NCBI GenBank assembly: GCA_041661345.1
Contig: JBAZUO010000006.1
Span: 3,410 to 67,409, forward strand
From: Candidatus Omnitrophota bacterium
GTDB taxonomy: Bacteria > Omnitrophota > Gorgyraeia > 2-01-FULL-45-10
Reading direction: 5' to 3'
DNA length: 64,000 nucleotides
The stretch's first letter is position 1. Each line of letters opens with the position of its first letter. Shown in pieces: positions 25,510 to 33,793 of this stretch. A model generated the notes under the pieces. The model had not been told where the DNA came from. It worked only from the letters and a program-made list of their open reading frames with translations, and ran no database searches. The position numbers and the translations under genes were made by a program.

Positions 25510-27504
25510 TCAACCGGTTATATCGGCAATGAACCCGGCTATCCTGTTAAACTGCATACCGTCCCTGTTATGATATACCCACGGATCGGCCGTTCTGCAA
25601 TTCTCTTTTATCAAACTATTGAACCCGTCATCTCCTAAAATTTTTTTGCAAGAATCATACAGCTCTGCGAAACCCGTAGCCCTCACAAAAGGATATCTAC
25701 CGTCACGCCTGTATCCGGCAGGCGTAAGGGCCTCGTCCTCAAACGGCGCGAGATCCTGTTTGTCGTGCTCGAATATCATAACCGGCCTTTCATAATCGAT
25801 CGCTTCGACCGCTATCGAGGACCGCGACGTAATGACTATATCCGCAAATGACAAAAGAGCCGGGTTCGCCGCTACGGCGTTTATTATTCTATATTTTCCA
25901 TTACCCGCAAAGCGGTTTATCCATGCCGCGGCTTTTGTAAAGGCCGGATGAGGCTTAATGATAAGATCGCAATTCAACCGTTCGCTTACATTAAGGACGT
26001 CGATGACCGATCTTTCGGTCTCATCGAAATTTGTATATAAATATTCCATATGAAAATCCCGCGTAAGCCGCGCCAGGAAATAGACTATCGTTTTTTTCCT
26101 GGCAGATAAACCGAGGGCCCCCTTCAGCACGCGTTTCCTGAGAAAACCCATATCTCTTCTCTTATCATATTCTATATTTCCGGTTACGGCCACATCCTTG
26201 GCGCTCAGGCCGGAACCTGTCATATTGTTTTTTATACCCTCTCCCACGACCGCAAAATGAGAATAACTGTTCGAGTAAAAAATATCGGTAGCCTTATCTA
26301 TTTCGCCCTTTTCCGGATAGATACAGAATTGAACGCCATGAGGTATCAATAATGACGGGATCCGTTCATTCGCGAAAAAATGTAGCGCAGCTGTATGGCT
26401 TGCCTCATTGGTCGCGTGAGATCCTCCCATCAAAAGGTCAAATCCATATTCTTCCTGCATCTCTTTTATCGATAGGTATCCAAGCCAGTAATCCGGCAGG
26501 TACCTCCTTAATATCCATCTGAGCTTGCTATTGCATAAATAGGTTATATTAATATCCTTGTAACGCTTGTCTTGCAGCAACGCGCCTTCGGCCAATTTTT
26601 CCGCATCCCTCACCAGATTGGTGAATGCATCGGTTACACGTATCTTCTCGCTTATTTTGAAAAGAGAAATTCCGTCGCCGGATTGTTCGCTTAAATATAA
26701 AAGAGGGTAGCACCGGCAGCCCGCAGAATCCCTTAACCATTCGACGAGCGGCTTCAATCTCCAAGAAGGAGATTTCGCGCCGCCGCCAAGTATCAAGATG
26801 CTCATCCCGGACAACTTCCCCCTGGTCTCGGCGGAGAGCTCCGCACCTTTAAAAACACGGTCATTCGCAAACAGTTTAAATACAAGATTTCCGTACCTAT
26901 TCTTGAAAGTCTGCCACAGCCCGTCTTTGCAGGCGGCTGGTAGGCGTAAGCCTGCGGCATTATCGGCCTTCCCTATTTCCAGCACTTTTACGCTATATCT
27001 CGCTCCGATAGCCCTCCCCAAATGTCTGATATTGTATTCCTTCGAATGCTCGAGCTCCACGACATCTTCAGGCCTGCCCGAAGGGACGATGATAAGCGCC
27101 GGCTTGAACATATTGACAGAATTGTGCATGACCGATATCGCATAGAAGACATAATTAAAGTAACGGTAGATCCCGTCCTTGACCGTTTCCGCAAGAGAAG
27201 CATCTCTTTTAAATACGAACCTCGCTGTGTCGGCCTTCAGGTCGTCAAGCCATTTCATCGCCCAGTCCGCCGCTTCTAAAAAAATCTCTTTTCTCTCTTC
27301 ATTAGATAATAGTTCTACAGGCAAAATCGGTTTTATGCCAAGGCCGCGCAGCATGATCTCCGCATCTATTTCCATCGCGATCCATGTAATCTCATCGGCG
27401 CCGATGCCATGAGCCGCTATCCCGTTAAAGATATCGACCACATCATCGGCAACCTCGACAAAGGCCAGTTTTGAACTATTCATTTCAGCTTTCATATCCG
27501 GCAT
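25510..27504 (-). CDS. Uncharacterised 664-aa protein; C-terminal domain resembles TagF-type / HP-motif GT-B transferases
   Basis: No TM segments. C-terminal motifs IVYFLARLTRD, CDLIIKPHPAF and ADIVITSRSSIAVEAIDYERPVMIFEHD. I do not recognise the N-terminal 400 aa or so. Confidence 0.35.
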   Translation of the reverse strand: MPDMKAEMNSSKLAFVEVADDVVDIFNGIAAHGIGADEITWIAMEIDAEIMLRGLGIKPILPVELLSNEERKEIFLEAADWAMKWLDDLKADTARFVFKRDASLAETVKDGIYRYFNYVFYAISVMHNSVNMFKPALIIVPSGRPEDVVELEHSKEYNIRHLGRAIGARYSVKVLEIGKADNAAGLRLPAACKDGLWQTFKNRYGNLVFKLFANDRVFKGAELSAETRGKLSGMSILILGGGAKSPSWRLKPLVEWLRDSAGCRCYPLLYLSEQSGDGISLFKISEKIRVTDAFTNLVRDAEKLAEGALLQDKRYKDINITYLCNSKLRWILRRYLPDYWLGYLSIKEMQEEYGFDLLMGGSHATNEASHTAALHFFANERIPSLLIPHGVQFCIYPEKGEIDKATDIFYSNSYSHFAVVGEGIKNNMTGSGLSAKDVAVTGNIEYDKRRDMGFLRKRVLKGALGLSARKKTIVYFLARLTRDFHMEYLYTNFDETERSVIDVLNVSERLNCDLIIKPHPAFTKAAAWINRFAGNGKYRIINAVAANPALLSFADIVITSRSSIAVEAIDYERPVMIFEHDKQDLAPFEDEALTPAGYRRDGRYPFVRATGFAELYDSCKKILGDDGFNSLIKENCRTADPWVYHNRDGMQFNRIAGFIADITG

Positions 27505-27523
27505 TGCTAATTAATCCTATGAT

Positions 27524-28018
27524 TTATAAAAATTTTTCTGCAAGGTTGAGGGCACTTATTACCGAGGCCTTTAACTCTCCTATCCGCGCAAGGCGCTCCT
27601 CATACACTTTCGCTATCTTTTTTTCTTCATCGGTAAGCTCGCTTCCGGCGGATCGGACGATCTCCATGAACTCCTCACTCACACTGGTGGCCTCCCGGAC
27701 ACGTTTCTGGATCCCCGCCTTGAGCTTGTTCGCTATAACCTTTTTAAGATCAAGCTCTGCCTCATAATAATCCTTCCGGGACCCCTTGACCCAGATATTC
27801 TTCACGGCCCCCCACTTTTCAAGCTCGCGCACATTTAAACTTATGCTCCCTTTGCTAACCCCGAGTTTTTCAACCATCTCGTCCAGGGAGAGAGGTTTAT
27901 GGCTCAAATACAGAAGCGCGTAAAGCTGAGCTACAAATTTGTTCAAGCCGAAACTGTCACACAATTTTCCTACGTGCTCTATGAACTTATGCTGTGCCAT
28001 CTCCAATTTAGCATTCAT
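27524..28018 (-). CDS. GbsR/MarR-like winged-helix transcriptional regulator
   Basis: 164 aa. LYALLYLSHKPLSLDEMVEKLGVSKGSISLNVRELEKWGAV matches the COG1510/GbsR-type wHTH pattern. ATGA overlap with the upstream radical SAM gene. Confidence 0.75.
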   Translation of the reverse strand: MNAKLEMAQHKFIEHVGKLCDSFGLNKFVAQLYALLYLSHKPLSLDEMVEKLGVSKGSISLNVRELEKWGAVKNIWVKGSRKDYYEAELDLKKVIANKLKAGIQKRVREATSVSEEFMEIVRSAGSELTDEEKKIAKVYEERLARIGELKASVISALNLAEKFL

Positions 28019-29634
28019 CTTAGTTTTCTCCGAAGTTTATCTTTTAAAATGCCCAGGGTCTTCCTTACCCCGGCCGTTTTCAACAACCAAAAGAATTTTT
28101 TCACTTTCTTATGAAACGCTATGAATCCGGAAGCTTTTTTCGACGCGTAAAGCCTGAATATCCTCTCCCCGTATCGCCCGAAAAGTTTTCTCATAAATCT
28201 CACCGTCCGCGGCTTCACGGCAATCCTGAAGGCCCATCCTTCGCGCAAAAAACCGTCTCTCACCAGAAGGAAGAGGAAGTTTTCGTACGTACGGTTCATG
28301 CTGTGAAATACCCGCCTGTTCTCCCGGTCCACATCCTCCCGCTTAAGGATGCCTTCTTCGATCGCCTTCTGGAAAAGCCTTGTTCCCGGCAGGAACCTTA
28401 ACGAAAATATATCAAGATAATCGTACCCTTTCAATCGGGCAATGAAGGCAAGGCTCTCCATGGCATCGTCAACGCTCTCCCACGGAGAATCCACGATCAC
28501 ATCATACTGTATGTTAAAGGTAAAATCCTTCTTGAGGCGATGGTTCAATTCGTCTACCTTCAATATCTGCTCCTTGCTCTCGCGGCGGTTGTAAAGCTTC
28601 CTTGTCTTTTCCGACCCGCTTTCTATTCCGAAGATGACACTATCCATGCCTGCGGATAAAAAATTTCTGAAAATTTCCTCATTTATCTGGTTGAACGTGA
28701 ACCCCGTCACGCTCAATGGTAGCTCTACGCTTGACCTGTACTCGCGGAGAATAGCTTCTAACGCGTCTCGCCTATTGGAAAGGATATTGGGATCAAAAAA
28801 TGCAACCCTGCTCACCCACGGGTAGCTCTTCCGTATCATCTTCAGCTCTTTGATAAAATGCTGTATATCTTTCGACTTTATTCTTTTCTGAAAACCGCTC
28901 CTATGGGCCAGGGTGTCATGGCCGCAATAAGAGCAGTCATTGACACACCCTCGGGAAAAAAAGGTGGCATATATATTAACGTGCTTACCCGCGTTCTCCG
29001 GCGTTATCTTCTCGCAGCCGCCTTCTGATAGATAATATTCGGACTGAAAAGAATAGTCCGGTAATGATTGTGAATCTAAAGACGCTTCTTTTCCGAAAAG
29101 GACGCGGCCCTCTCCGGACTTTCTTAAGACAGATGAAGAATAGATATTATCCGCAACCGGCACAAGCGCATCGCCCTGTGCGGGAAGATCGCCCCTTCTA
29201 AGCCTCTGGGCCAACTCCACTATGGCCCGTTCTCCGTCACCGATACAGACATAATCAGAGAAGAGGCTCGAATTATACGGATCGAGTGTCGCATGCGGCC
29301 CGCCCACAACAAATGGAATATCTTTCAGATTATACTTCGATGCGTAAATCTTATTCACGATATAGGCTACAAAGGAATATACAGTAATACCTATGAATAG
29401 AGAGCCCCGGGATATCTCGAACAGGTTCTTTATGGCATCGTCCGAAATATCATAATAACCATAATCCCAGGATAGCCCGCTTCCCTGCATCTTGGAAAGC
29501 TCTACGCAAACTATCGTAACTTCAAACCCTTGGGCACGCAATATGCCGGATAGATATCTGGCGGACATAGCTGCGCCGATAGAGTTTTGCCCAAACTGAA
29601 CAAGGGTGATCCTGTTTTTATCTGTTATTGGCAT
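28015..29634 (-). CDS. Class B (cobalamin-binding-domain) radical SAM enzyme, paralog 4
   Basis: 539 aa. Motifs VVGGPHATLDP...CIGDGERAIVELAQRL, then SRGCVNDCSYC. Confidence 0.85.
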   Translation of the reverse strand: MPITDKNRITLVQFGQNSIGAAMSARYLSGILRAQGFEVTIVCVELSKMQGSGLSWDYGYYDISDDAIKNLFEISRGSLFIGITVYSFVAYIVNKIYASKYNLKDIPFVVGGPHATLDPYNSSLFSDYVCIGDGERAIVELAQRLRRGDLPAQGDALVPVADNIYSSSVLRKSGEGRVLFGKEASLDSQSLPDYSFQSEYYLSEGGCEKITPENAGKHVNIYATFFSRGCVNDCSYCGHDTLAHRSGFQKRIKSKDIQHFIKELKMIRKSYPWVSRVAFFDPNILSNRRDALEAILREYRSSVELPLSVTGFTFNQINEEIFRNFLSAGMDSVIFGIESGSEKTRKLYNRRESKEQILKVDELNHRLKKDFTFNIQYDVIVDSPWESVDDAMESLAFIARLKGYDYLDIFSLRFLPGTRLFQKAIEEGILKREDVDRENRRVFHSMNRTYENFLFLLVRDGFLREGWAFRIAVKPRTVRFMRKLFGRYGERIFRLYASKKASGFIAFHKKVKKFFWLLKTAGVRKTLGILKDKLRRKLR

Positions 29635-31046
29635 GATAATCTTAATAACCTTTTACAAAGCCCGAGCGCGCCGCGCACATAAGCCTTCAACTCGTTAAAA
29701 TCGGATATCCTTAGTATCAAACGAAATAACTGTTTAGGCCTCATATAAAATTTAAGGTGCGCTTTTGTTATCAACGCCTTAAGCGTTTTTTTATCCAGGC
29801 CTTCCAGTTCGATTATCGGATTGCCGGAAGAGATAACAAATAGATCCCATGCAGGATGTTCTTTTTTGCCCTTCATGTAAATCGCGTGCGCCTCAGTGCC
29901 GGGATAGGGCGTCAATATAAAAAATATACTTACAACAGGGTCCAGTTCACAGGCGAAGTTTATCGTCTTATTTATCGTATCTCTGGTATCGCCGGGATTA
30001 CCCAGCATAAATGTACATTGAGATTTGATTCCTGCGAGGTTGGTCATCTTTACCGCATTCCTTGCCTGTTCCAGCGTTGCGCCCTTCTTTAAATTTTTCA
30101 GTACTTGTTCATCCCCTGATTCCACGCCGTAAGATATACAAAAACAACCGGCCTTTTTCATTAATTTAAGCAGCTCCAGCGAAACGGTGTTAACCCTCGA
30201 AAGGCACGTCCACTCAAACCTGAGCTTCTTATCTATGATCCTGCGGCATATATCCTTTGCCCTTTCCTGGTCATACGTAAAAGTGTCGTCCTTCAAAAAT
30301 ATATGCTCGATATTACAATCTTTTACGAGATGTTCTATCTCTCTTACAACATAATCCGCGCTATGGGCGCGAAAACGCCTTCCAAGGGTCAGGTGCGAGG
30401 CACAGTGTATGCAATAATGCGGACAACCGCGGCTTGTTATCATTGAAGCGCTTCTCTTGCCGCGGCTTGAAAAATCGTTCGGTTTATACCAACCCATATC
30501 AACAAGTTCTCTGGCCGGGAACGGAAGCGCATCAAGGTCCGTGATATATTCTCTCGGAGGCGTTTTGATGATCCTGCCGTCTTTTCTATAGGCGATACCT
30601 TTCACCCCGGATAGATCGCATTTACCCGTATCTAAAAGCTCACATAATTCCATAACGGTATCTTCACCTTCACCTATAACCAAAAGATCAAATTCCGGAT
30701 ATTTTTCCAGTATCTCATCCGGCATCGATGAGGCATGAATACCCCCCAAAATAACCTTTGCCTTCGTATTATCTTTCGCTATCCTGCCTATCTTTACAGC
30801 GCTATTAAAGGAAGGCGTAAAACAGGTGATACCTACTAAATCGGGTGATTCATCCCGCAATCTTTTTGCAAGGACTTCAAGGCTGATACCTTCAGCCTCC
30901 GGATCAAATATTTTTACCGAGTGGGGACTATTCTTTTTAAGCATACTGGCAATATAACCGAGCCCCAACGAAAAATGGCTGTGAGCAGCTAATTTGTCAG
31001 GCCCATAAATATGTAAATAAGGCGGATTTATCAGAGCAATTTTCAT
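29625..31046 (-). CDS. Class B (cobalamin-binding-domain) radical SAM enzyme, paralog 5; first gene of the 31046->1898 array
   Basis: Motifs ILGGIHASSMP...VIGEGEDTVMELCELL, then SRGCPHYCIHC. Track start 31106 lies inside the promoter spacer. ATG 31046 (MKIALINPPY) has AGGAGG 7 nt upstream. Confidence 0.9.
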   Translation of the reverse strand: MKIALINPPYLHIYGPDKLAAHSHFSLGLGYIASMLKKNSPHSVKIFDPEAEGISLEVLAKRLRDESPDLVGITCFTPSFNSAVKIGRIAKDNTKAKVILGGIHASSMPDEILEKYPEFDLLVIGEGEDTVMELCELLDTGKCDLSGVKGIAYRKDGRIIKTPPREYITDLDALPFPARELVDMGWYKPNDFSSRGKRSASMITSRGCPHYCIHCASHLTLGRRFRAHSADYVVREIEHLVKDCNIEHIFLKDDTFTYDQERAKDICRRIIDKKLRFEWTCLSRVNTVSLELLKLMKKAGCFCISYGVESGDEQVLKNLKKGATLEQARNAVKMTNLAGIKSQCTFMLGNPGDTRDTINKTINFACELDPVVSIFFILTPYPGTEAHAIYMKGKKEHPAWDLFVISSGNPIIELEGLDKKTLKALITKAHLKFYMRPKQLFRLILRISDFNELKAYVRGALGLCKRLLRLSCQ

Positions 31047-31090
31047 TATGCTACCTCCTACTTTTATTGCGTTTAAAACATTTTGAAAGG

Positions 31091-31119
31091 ATACTAACAC
31101 AGTCATAACGTATTGTCAA
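31091..31119 (-). promoter_or_regulatory. Putative sigma70-type promoter of the 31046->1898 array (TTGACA-17-TAGTAT)
   Basis: The reverse complement reads TTGACA atacgttatgactgtgt TAGTAT. The -35 box is at 31119..31114 and the -10 box at 31096..31091. A leader of about 38 nt follows, with AGGAGG. Confidence 0.5.
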
Positions 31120-31357
31120 CATAATAAGTTACAATACCTCAGCGCATACATCAAAGCTGGTTATTGGCTGAAAATAGCTTTATGAATCTATATCACTTTA
31201 TGATAGGATAAGATCGTTCCGAAAACGAAAAATAAATATAAATACAGGTGTTAGAACACAATGTCCATGCTTAACGTCAAGACGGAATCGAACATAAAAT
31301 GCCGGACAAAACTGATATTTTGGTTAGGAATAAACTCCTCTAAAGTCCAGAATTCGC

Positions 31358-31385
31358 TTGTTTATCGCCATATATCGACTATAAT
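31358..31385 (+). promoter_or_regulatory. Putative promoter for the plus-strand methyltransferase (TTGTTT-16-TATAAT)
   Basis: TTGTTT at 31358..31363, a 16-nt spacer and TATAAT at 31380..31385. ATG 31397 lies 12 nt after the -10 box. Caveat: an AGGTG at 31386..31390 would be excluded from such a transcript. Confidence 0.35.
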
Positions 31386-31396
31386 AGGTGCTTATA

Positions 31397-32035
31397 ATGA
31401 ATAATAAAATCTGGCTGGACCTCTATGGTCATCGCATAGCTTCTCGAACGATTAAAAAACAGAAATGGCTGGCTGGTTTTATTAAGCCTCATCATAGATT
31501 TTTCTTAGAGCTATTTTCAGCAACAGGTGAGAATGCGGGTATTATTAAAAAATTAAATCCGGATTTATATTGCATAGGCATTGATTATAGTTTTGAATTA
31601 TGCAAAAGAGGTAAAGAGAGTGGATATGTATCGATTAACGCTGATTGTAAGTATCTGCCTTTAAAAAAGGATGTTTTTGACATTGTATACTGTAATAGCT
31701 TTCATCACGTTGCTATTGACGTAGTAAAAGTTTTGGAGGATAGCGTTGCATTATTAAAAAAAGGAGGGCTATTGATCGGCGTTGAGCCTTACGGAAGATT
31801 AAGTAAAATACTGGTAAATATTATCTGCTTAATGCCAAATTTCCTTATTTCCTTGTTTCCGCAAAATTTTAGATTTTATGTATCAGCTATAAAATATGAA
31901 TGTAGGAACGAGGGTGTTATGGATTGGTATAAAGGATTTGTTCAAAGAGATTTTAATAGAGCATTGAATGAATATGATGTTTTGTTAATACGAAGAGATG
32001 CGTTGAGAGTTTATTATTGCATAAAAAGGAATTGA
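31397..32035 (+). CDS. Class I SAM-dependent methyltransferase (Methyltransf_11-like)
   Basis: Motifs FDIVYCNSFHHV and KKGGLLIGVEP. The track ORF starts at GTG 31388; the first ATG is 31397 (MNNKIWLDLYG). Visibly AT-rich. Confidence 0.7.
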   Translation: MNNKIWLDLYGHRIASRTIKKQKWLAGFIKPHHRFFLELFSATGENAGIIKKLNPDLYCIGIDYSFELCKRGKESGYVSINADCKYLPLKKDVFDIVYCNSFHHVAIDVVKVLEDSVALLKKGGLLIGVEPYGRLSKILVNIICLMPNFLISLFPQNFRFYVSAIKYECRNEGVMDWYKGFVQRDFNRALNEYDVLLIRRDALRVYYCIKRN

Positions 32036-32042
32036 TACGTTC

Positions 32043-32071
32043 TTGACATAACATTTGGATCTCAATATAAT
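32043..32071 (+). promoter_or_regulatory. Perfect-consensus sigma70 promoter (TTGACA-17-TATAAT) for the radical SAM/SPASM gene
   Basis: TTGACA at 32043..32048, the 17-nt spacer taacatttggatctcaa and TATAAT at 32066..32071. In-frame ATG 32082 begins 11 nt after the -10 box. Confidence 0.6.
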
Positions 32072-32081
32072 GACAGCCGCT

Positions 32082-33035
32082 ATGAAAAAAGGCAAACTTA
32101 AACTGATAAACCCCGAAATCCGGTTAGAGGTAACAAATATATGCAATGCGAATTGCATAATGTGCCCGCGAGAGAAGATGAAAAGGCCTCAGGGTATATT
32201 GAGCATGGAGTTGTATAAGCGTATCGTGGATGAAGCCGCAGCGGCGGGGGCAACGACGGTATCTCTTGAAAATTACGGAGAGCCTTTTTGCGATCCGTTC
32301 CTGGAGGAGCGGACAATATACGCCAAGCGAAAAGGATTATCGACATTCACGATCACCAACGCATCTCTTTTAGATGTAACCAGGGCTGAAAAAATAGTAC
32401 TGGCAGGATTGGATAAATTACGTATAAGTATGTACGGGGTAACAAAGGATGTCTATGAAAGCATACATAAAGGGCTAAAGTTCGAAACCGTTTCAGAGAA
32501 CGTGCTCAACCTGTTCAAAATACGGAATAAGCTTGGCAGCCGCACCCCCCGCGTAGAGATGTATTTTTTATTACTCGAAGAAAACAAACACCAGATCGAT
32601 TTATTCAGAAAAAAATGGGAAAACACGGCAGATTATGTCTCCATCTGGAAGCCGCATAATTGGTCGGATGGAAGGGCCTTCAGGAAATTACCGCACCAGG
32701 ATAAAAAAAGTTGCGGAAGGCCGTTCACGGGCCCACTACAGGTGATGTGGAACGGCCTCGTCGTACCGTGTTGTTTTGATTACGACGGCAGGATAATTCT
32801 GGGCGATCTTAACAAACAGTCGCTACATGAAGTAATGCATGATCCCAGATATGATGCGTTGAGAGAAGCTCATAAAAAGGGTGAATTTGATAAATATGGT
32901 TTTTGTAATGGCTGCGACCAGCTTTACAAGAGAGAAGACGTGCTGGTTTATACTAATATAAAAGGCTCCAGGGTAGGCGCTACAAATACTACTTATTTCG
33001 ATCTGCAAAAAAAGCCCAGTGTTTCCCGTAAGTGA
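32082..33035 (+). CDS. Radical SAM enzyme with Cys-rich SPASM/twitch-like C-terminal domain
   Basis: Motif EVTNICNANCIMCPRE (CxxxCxxC). C-terminal cysteines at CGRPF, VVPCCFDYDG and FCNGCDQ. The track ORF starts at TTG 32055. I prefer ATG 32082 (MKKGKLKLINPE) because of the promoter position; ATG 32070 is also possible. Confidence 0.85.
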   Translation: MKKGKLKLINPEIRLEVTNICNANCIMCPREKMKRPQGILSMELYKRIVDEAAAAGATTVSLENYGEPFCDPFLEERTIYAKRKGLSTFTITNASLLDVTRAEKIVLAGLDKLRISMYGVTKDVYESIHKGLKFETVSENVLNLFKIRNKLGSRTPRVEMYFLLLEENKHQIDLFRKKWENTADYVSIWKPHNWSDGRAFRKLPHQDKKSCGRPFTGPLQVMWNGLVVPCCFDYDGRIILGDLNKQSLHEVMHDPRYDALREAHKKGEFDKYGFCNGCDQLYKREDVLVYTNIKGSRVGATNTTYFDLQKKPSVSRK

Positions 33036-33793
33036 TTCCTTGCGCCCGTTAAGATAGCCGACACTTCCTCATGCTGTAGTAATTCGGCATATATATCCTT
33101 GGGCTGCCTATCGCCGCCTTTTCTTACCGGTGAATTGAGTATAATCGAAATTCCCATGCCGCGGATAATATTCACGAGATCCGGCCTTTTCAAAAAGATC
33201 GATGCCGGCATTTGTATCACGTCAAGCCATCCTATAAGCTTATTTTTTACAACCGTCTCCACCATCGCCTCATTCGAGATCGATGCGCCCGTATAGTTGA
33301 TACCGGCGTAATGGGTTTTCTTCATATTGGTCATCTCATCGATAATCTCGCCATCTTTTAATACCTCGGACGCTGCCCTATGTATATATAACAGGTCAAT
33401 TTTACCGAGATGGGACAAGCTCTGTTTTACCGAGGCTACAAGCTCACGCCTGGAGTGGTTAAGCGTAGCCGTCTGTGAAGACGCGTCAAAACCTTCCCCC
33501 CATTTTGTGGCAATGAAAGTTTTTGGTAATAGCTCTTTTCTGTTATTGAGATATCTCCCTATCAACTCTTCGCTCCTGCCATAAGAAGGAGAGGTATCTA
33601 TCATGAGGCTCCCATCCTGATCAGCGGCGCATAAAAATGCTTCATCCAGATATAGCGATATCTCCCTAAAATCCGGATACTTATAGGAAAAGTTATCCGG
33701 CGGCCATTTTCGGCCAAACCAGGTAGTCCCTACTCCGAGAAGAAAAATATTTAGTCCGTCTTTTCCGAACCGCCTGACAGGCAGAGGTGTCAC
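32993..33793 (-). CDS. Aldo/keto reductase family oxidoreductase
   Basis: 266 aa. Motifs LGVGTTWFG and IDTSPSYGRSEELIGRYL. GTG start overlaps the upstream stop by 1 nt (TAGTG). The 3' end overlaps the plus-strand gene by 43 nt. Confidence 0.8.
   Translation of the reverse strand: MTPLPVRRFGKDGLNIFLLGVGTTWFGRKWPPDNFSYKYPDFREISLYLDEAFLCAADQDGSLMIDTSPSYGRSEELIGRYLNNRKELLPKTFIATKWGEGFDASSQTATLNHSRRELVASVKQSLSHLGKIDLLYIHRAASEVLKDGEIIDEMTNMKKTHYAGINYTGASISNEAMVETVVKNKLIGWLDVIQMPASIFLKRPDLVNIIRGMGISIILNSPVRKGGDRQPKDIYAELLQHEEVSAILTGARNHLRETLGFFCRSK

Noticed and set aside
31047-31106. Track start codon ATG 31106 for the radical SAM gene, adding an N-terminal extension MTVLVSFQNVLNAIKVGGSI.
   Set aside because: That ATG lies in the spacer between the TTGACA and TAGTAT boxes. 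ATG 31046 is preceded by AGGAGG at optimal spacing and yields the N-terminus shared by the paralogs (MKIALINPPY...).
31047-31396. A cobalamin riboswitch upstream of the B12-type radical SAM arrays (also checked at 53694-53910).
   Set aside because: Neither gap contains a B12-box-like GCCACTG element or the GC-rich paired segments expected. The predicted leaders are only about 27-38 nt long.
31261-31404. A 47-codon small ORF (MSMLNVKTESNIKCRTKLIFWLGINSSKVQNSLVYRHISTIIGAYNE) upstream of the methyltransferase and SPASM radical SAM genes, considered as a possible RiPP precursor peptide.
   Set aside because: It overlaps the promoter-like boxes and the methyltransferase start in another frame. It has only a poorly spaced AGGTG and lacks a Cys/Ser/Thr-rich or Gly-Gly-type core. 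The surrounding context is entirely carbohydrate metabolism, so the SPASM enzymes are better explained as sugar-modifying. A similar 25-codon ORF at 53729-53806 was dismissed for the same reasons.
23480-32550. Homopolymer tracts in coding regions (e.g. T8 at 23480-23487, C6 at 32545-32550) as phase-variation switches.
   Set aside because: The tracts are short. A/T runs of this length are expected in an AT-rich genome, and I found no G/C tract of 8 or more.
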